Assembly: GCA_030295235.1 (NCBI GenBank)
Contig: AP026139.1
Span: 1 to 64,000, forward strand
Source of the DNA: Fistulifera solaris
Taxonomy: Eukaryota
Length of the DNA: 64,000 bases
Direction of reading: 5' to 3'
A program made the translations under genes and the position numbers. The notes below the pieces were generated by a model. That model saw only the letters and a list, made by a program, of their open reading frames with translations. It was not told the DNA's origin and searched no databases. Positions 60,728 to 64,000 of this stretch are shown one piece after another. Every line of letters starts with the position of its first letter. Position 1 is the first letter of the stretch.

Positions 60728-61898
60728 ATGACTTACTGGCGAAAAAATCACGGAATCTATATTGGGCTTGACCCACGATGGACGGTCCGTTTGGAATGGA
60801 GTACTTGGCGGCGCATGCTTTTTGATTTGAGATGAGAGAACTAATTGAGCCTTCACGACTTGGCCCGCCGTCCCTAGATTGCAGTATGTCTATCCTCAGC
60901 ACATAACCTTTGTTGGTTACCGGTAGATCGACTGTTCTCGCTTTACGTAGATGCGAGCAGAAAAAGCATTGTGATTGACCCCCTACGACAATTTACAACA
61001 GTATTATTCTACTCTTTTTTGCTTAATGATTAATGACTAATCTAGGGAACTACCAGGTAAAAAGGGGTCTGGAGTTGAGCAGCTTTTCGTCGTTGCGTCG
61101 GTTAGGGATGCGGATGAACACGGTCAATGTTACGGGACTGAAACTCCTGATTGGAGCAGTCAAGACTACATTTTGTGTCATAGTAACTTGAAAACACAAC
61201 CAAATTACGGAATACGCCTATACGTGGCGCATACTAGAGAGTAATTGCATTGCATCGTAAATCATTGCATGACGAAGCTTTAAGAACTCCAAATACGCAC
61301 AATGCTATCCCAGAAACTCAAACGAATCAATAATAACCTTACTGGATAAGCATGGACCGATAATAGTTTTCCATTAGAGGAAAAGAAAGTCAAAGTTGTC
61401 GAGCGCTGTCGTTTTCCGCTTTCGATCGCATCTTTGAAAACTCGGAGTCTCTCTATCGACTCGACAATCATTCGATCCGTCGATTTCGATCGACCATGCC
61501 GTCAGACGAAAAAGAAAAGAAGTTGTCCGGAGCGCTGTTGTATCTCAATGGATTAAATATTCCCATTCACTCCCACTAACTGTTTTGATTTGTCACGATA
61601 GATTCAATCGGCCGACAAGTCGGAGAGTATCATCGTTAGGATGAGAGTGTAAAGGAATTGAACGACTCATCCCTTTCTTCACCGTCTCACAATTTGAAAA
61701 AATATAATTCGAACACAATCGTAAGGTAAGTGTGCACTCGATGCATCTACGCAATGCAAACAGTGCAGGACCGTGTATAGAGCATGATAAAGTTTCACTT
61801 ACATTCTGTTTCTCTTTTCTTTTTTACACCTTTCAACACGAACAAGTAAAGAACCTCTCAATTTGATTCTCTCGCACACTTATTAAGCTACATCCATC

Positions 61899-62593
61899 AT
61901 GATGCTGACAACTGCCTTCCGTACATTGTGCCTTGGAGCGACCCTCGTGGCGGCGCAACGAGGACGCGACCGCGATGATAAATGCTGGACGTGTGAACAA
62001 TCGTCGGGATGTTTCGAGTGTCTCGGTATCAGTGACAACGGAGATGGAACCGCGATGATTGAATTGGACTTTTCGGATTGCAAGGATGCCGATACGATTG
62101 GATGGGCTTGTTGCACTGGCTCGATGGGCCCCGACGATGAGTTCAACTCGGGTGCTTGTGAAGTGCCTCCGTCCGGATGTTTCGGTAAAAGAACCGTTCC
62201 CGCGATCCCGATGGTGGAAGTGTCAAATGCGAAGGTGTGAGTACCATGTTCCTTCTCGTTCCTTCGGATGCTACCTCGGTTGTCATCAATACACATGATG
62301 GACGTACCGGAAATGATGCTTCGCCAGCGGTGGGAGCGGATCCCATTTGTGCGGGTCGAGAATATCAGGGAGGTCGTTGCGCAGCGCGAGACAATAGTGT
62401 TACCGCACACTGCTTGGAGACGATTGATCTGTCGACGTGTCCCACTATGGATTCGTTGCCCATGACGGCGGTCCCTACTCCCAGTCCATCGGTGTCTTCG
62501 GAATTCCCTTCGGACGTCCCTTCGAGTATGATGTCGGGAGAGTCGGATCTTCCGTCGGTTGTACCCGTCCCGGATGAGTCAGAAGAGGAGTAG
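61899..62593 (+). CDS. Secreted cysteine-rich protein with a Pro/Ser-rich acidic tail
   Basis: Signal peptide MMLTTAFRTLCLGATLVAA, about 14 Cys in the mature part, tail PTPSPSVSSEFPSDVPS..EEE. Adding one A at 62187-62190 joins the two ORFs. Confidence 0.7.
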
Positions 62594-64000
62594 AGAGATA
62601 TTGGGGAAAGGAGCTGCCTTGACGATTGAGGGGTCAGGACCATACTATCTTTCTTTTTGGAAGATTGAGCATGGTAGTACATTTCGCCTTATCAAACGGT
62701 TCAAAACGGATTCGTAAAATACACTAGAAATAAACATTAGACCTAGACGATGGTTAAAAAAAATCAAGCAGGGCAATTCTTCGTTATCCTGGCGGTGCTG
62801 TAGATTTACATGATGTTATGACGAATCCTTCCTCCACCGTGTTTTCTCAGTCCGCTAACGAATAATATCGATAAAGATGGTGAAGCACTACTATTTATGA
62901 GCTACGCTCCATGTGACGACTGGCTGAAATGAAATTGTGATGACTACCTGGTACGTGAAGCCAAAGTTATCTCGAAATCAGAGACTTCACAGGACTTTCG
63001 AAATTTGATTAAAATAGAATGAGTAATGCCTCCTTATTATAAAAAATACACTATCGAAGCGATTTGCTACGTTCCTGGTAGCAATGAAGCGTTGATACGT
63101 AGTACGCAATAGCCGATAGGCGTGGCGCGGGACCAAACCATCTTCTCCGACACTACTATTGAGCACCACTGCACGTATCCTTTCATCCACAAAATGTCTG
63201 GCTGGAATCTTTGCAACCACGACCATCCGAAAAACTTTGTTCGAACAGTATTTGCAACGAATTGGAATAGAATGTCCGCAGACAAAAGTTCAAACAATGC
63301 TTGTCACTGGTGAGAAAGCTGAATTGCAAAGTACTACGTACTGTAAGAGGCGGACTGGGGCTGGACTTGACGGTTTAATTGTCCAGTGGGACTACCTGGT
63401 AGTAGAGAATATTTCATCGTCGTCCTTTTTAAGGAAAAAGGGCTTAGTCATTAAACCCACCTTCTGTGCTGGTCTCATAGCTCAATAATGACAAGCATAA
63501 TTAATTTTCATTGCTTGAAGCAAAAAGGAATGCATAATGCACGGCGAAAGTTAATTGTCAAGTCACGGGTCGGAGTGAAACACTGCTCGGCATCATAAAA
63601 TTTGATGCCACAAGGAGAGGATGCGCAAAATCACATCGCCTCGCATCTCTCATAATCTTAAGTTTTGCTCATTTGTAAAGGTAAGAACGCTCAACCGCAT
63701 CCTCGAATTCGTTTTCACAAGATGCGAGCTGTTGAGTCTTTTCTTTGACCTGTACCTCACATCATTGAAGCTTTGCTTTTCATCTTTGTTCTTTCGTCAA
63801 CAGACTTTCTCTATCGCGTCAAGGTCAACCGATCATGTTCTTTTCTTCGTTGTTTCGAGCTTGTTGCGTAGGAGCAACCCTCTGGACTGTCTCCGGTCAA
63901 CGCCCTAGTCAAGGCAGCAACACCGCGTGCTGGACGTGTGACCAGTCCCCTGGCTGTTTTGAATGCGTTTCGAAGGCCAACAACGGCAACGGGACGTCCA

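Noticed and set aside
1000..62200. Programmed ribosomal frameshifting or mass pseudogenisation
   Set aside because: Shifts go in both directions at varied homopolymers with no shared slippery-plus-stop signal, and catalytic motifs are intact. Sequencing error is more parsimonious.
62987..64000. Possible gene at the right edge and a 7-bp hairpin at 63589-63609
   Set aside because: All frames examined are interrupted by stops with no recognisable domain, and the hairpin is short enough to be chance.

Overview
Left end of a eukaryotic chromosome: a (CCCTAA)n telomere at 1-276, then a compact, intron-poor, gene-dense arm with about 25 protein genes. Signal-peptide plus 'A-F' plastid-targeting motifs, diatom-type LRR proteins and an RNI-like family suggest a pennate diatom, possibly Fistulifera-like (inference). 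Genes: double-domain phosphoglycerate mutase, patatin, PH-START-(E2-like) protein, CSRNP-like protein, ankyrin/UBA protein, glutaredoxin, three RNI-like paralogs, three Alba paralogs, a mucin-stalk LRR protein, a retinoblastoma-related protein with a duplicated N-terminal domain, a bHLH/F-box fusion, a 14-UBL protein, a HugZ-like protein, two bZIPs, CRY-DASH, endonuclease III, two methyltransferases, a double AAA ATPase and two small exported proteins. Most genes carry 1-bp frameshifts, mostly at homopolymers, which look like long-read consensus errors. Non-coding highlights: a 203-bp MITE with a TGA target duplication, a dispersed ~88-bp hairpin element in two copies, a poly(T)-only insertion with a long direct repeat, and 12 intergenic copies of the palindrome TACCWGGTA. 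All calls are by-eye motif recognition; no searches were run.
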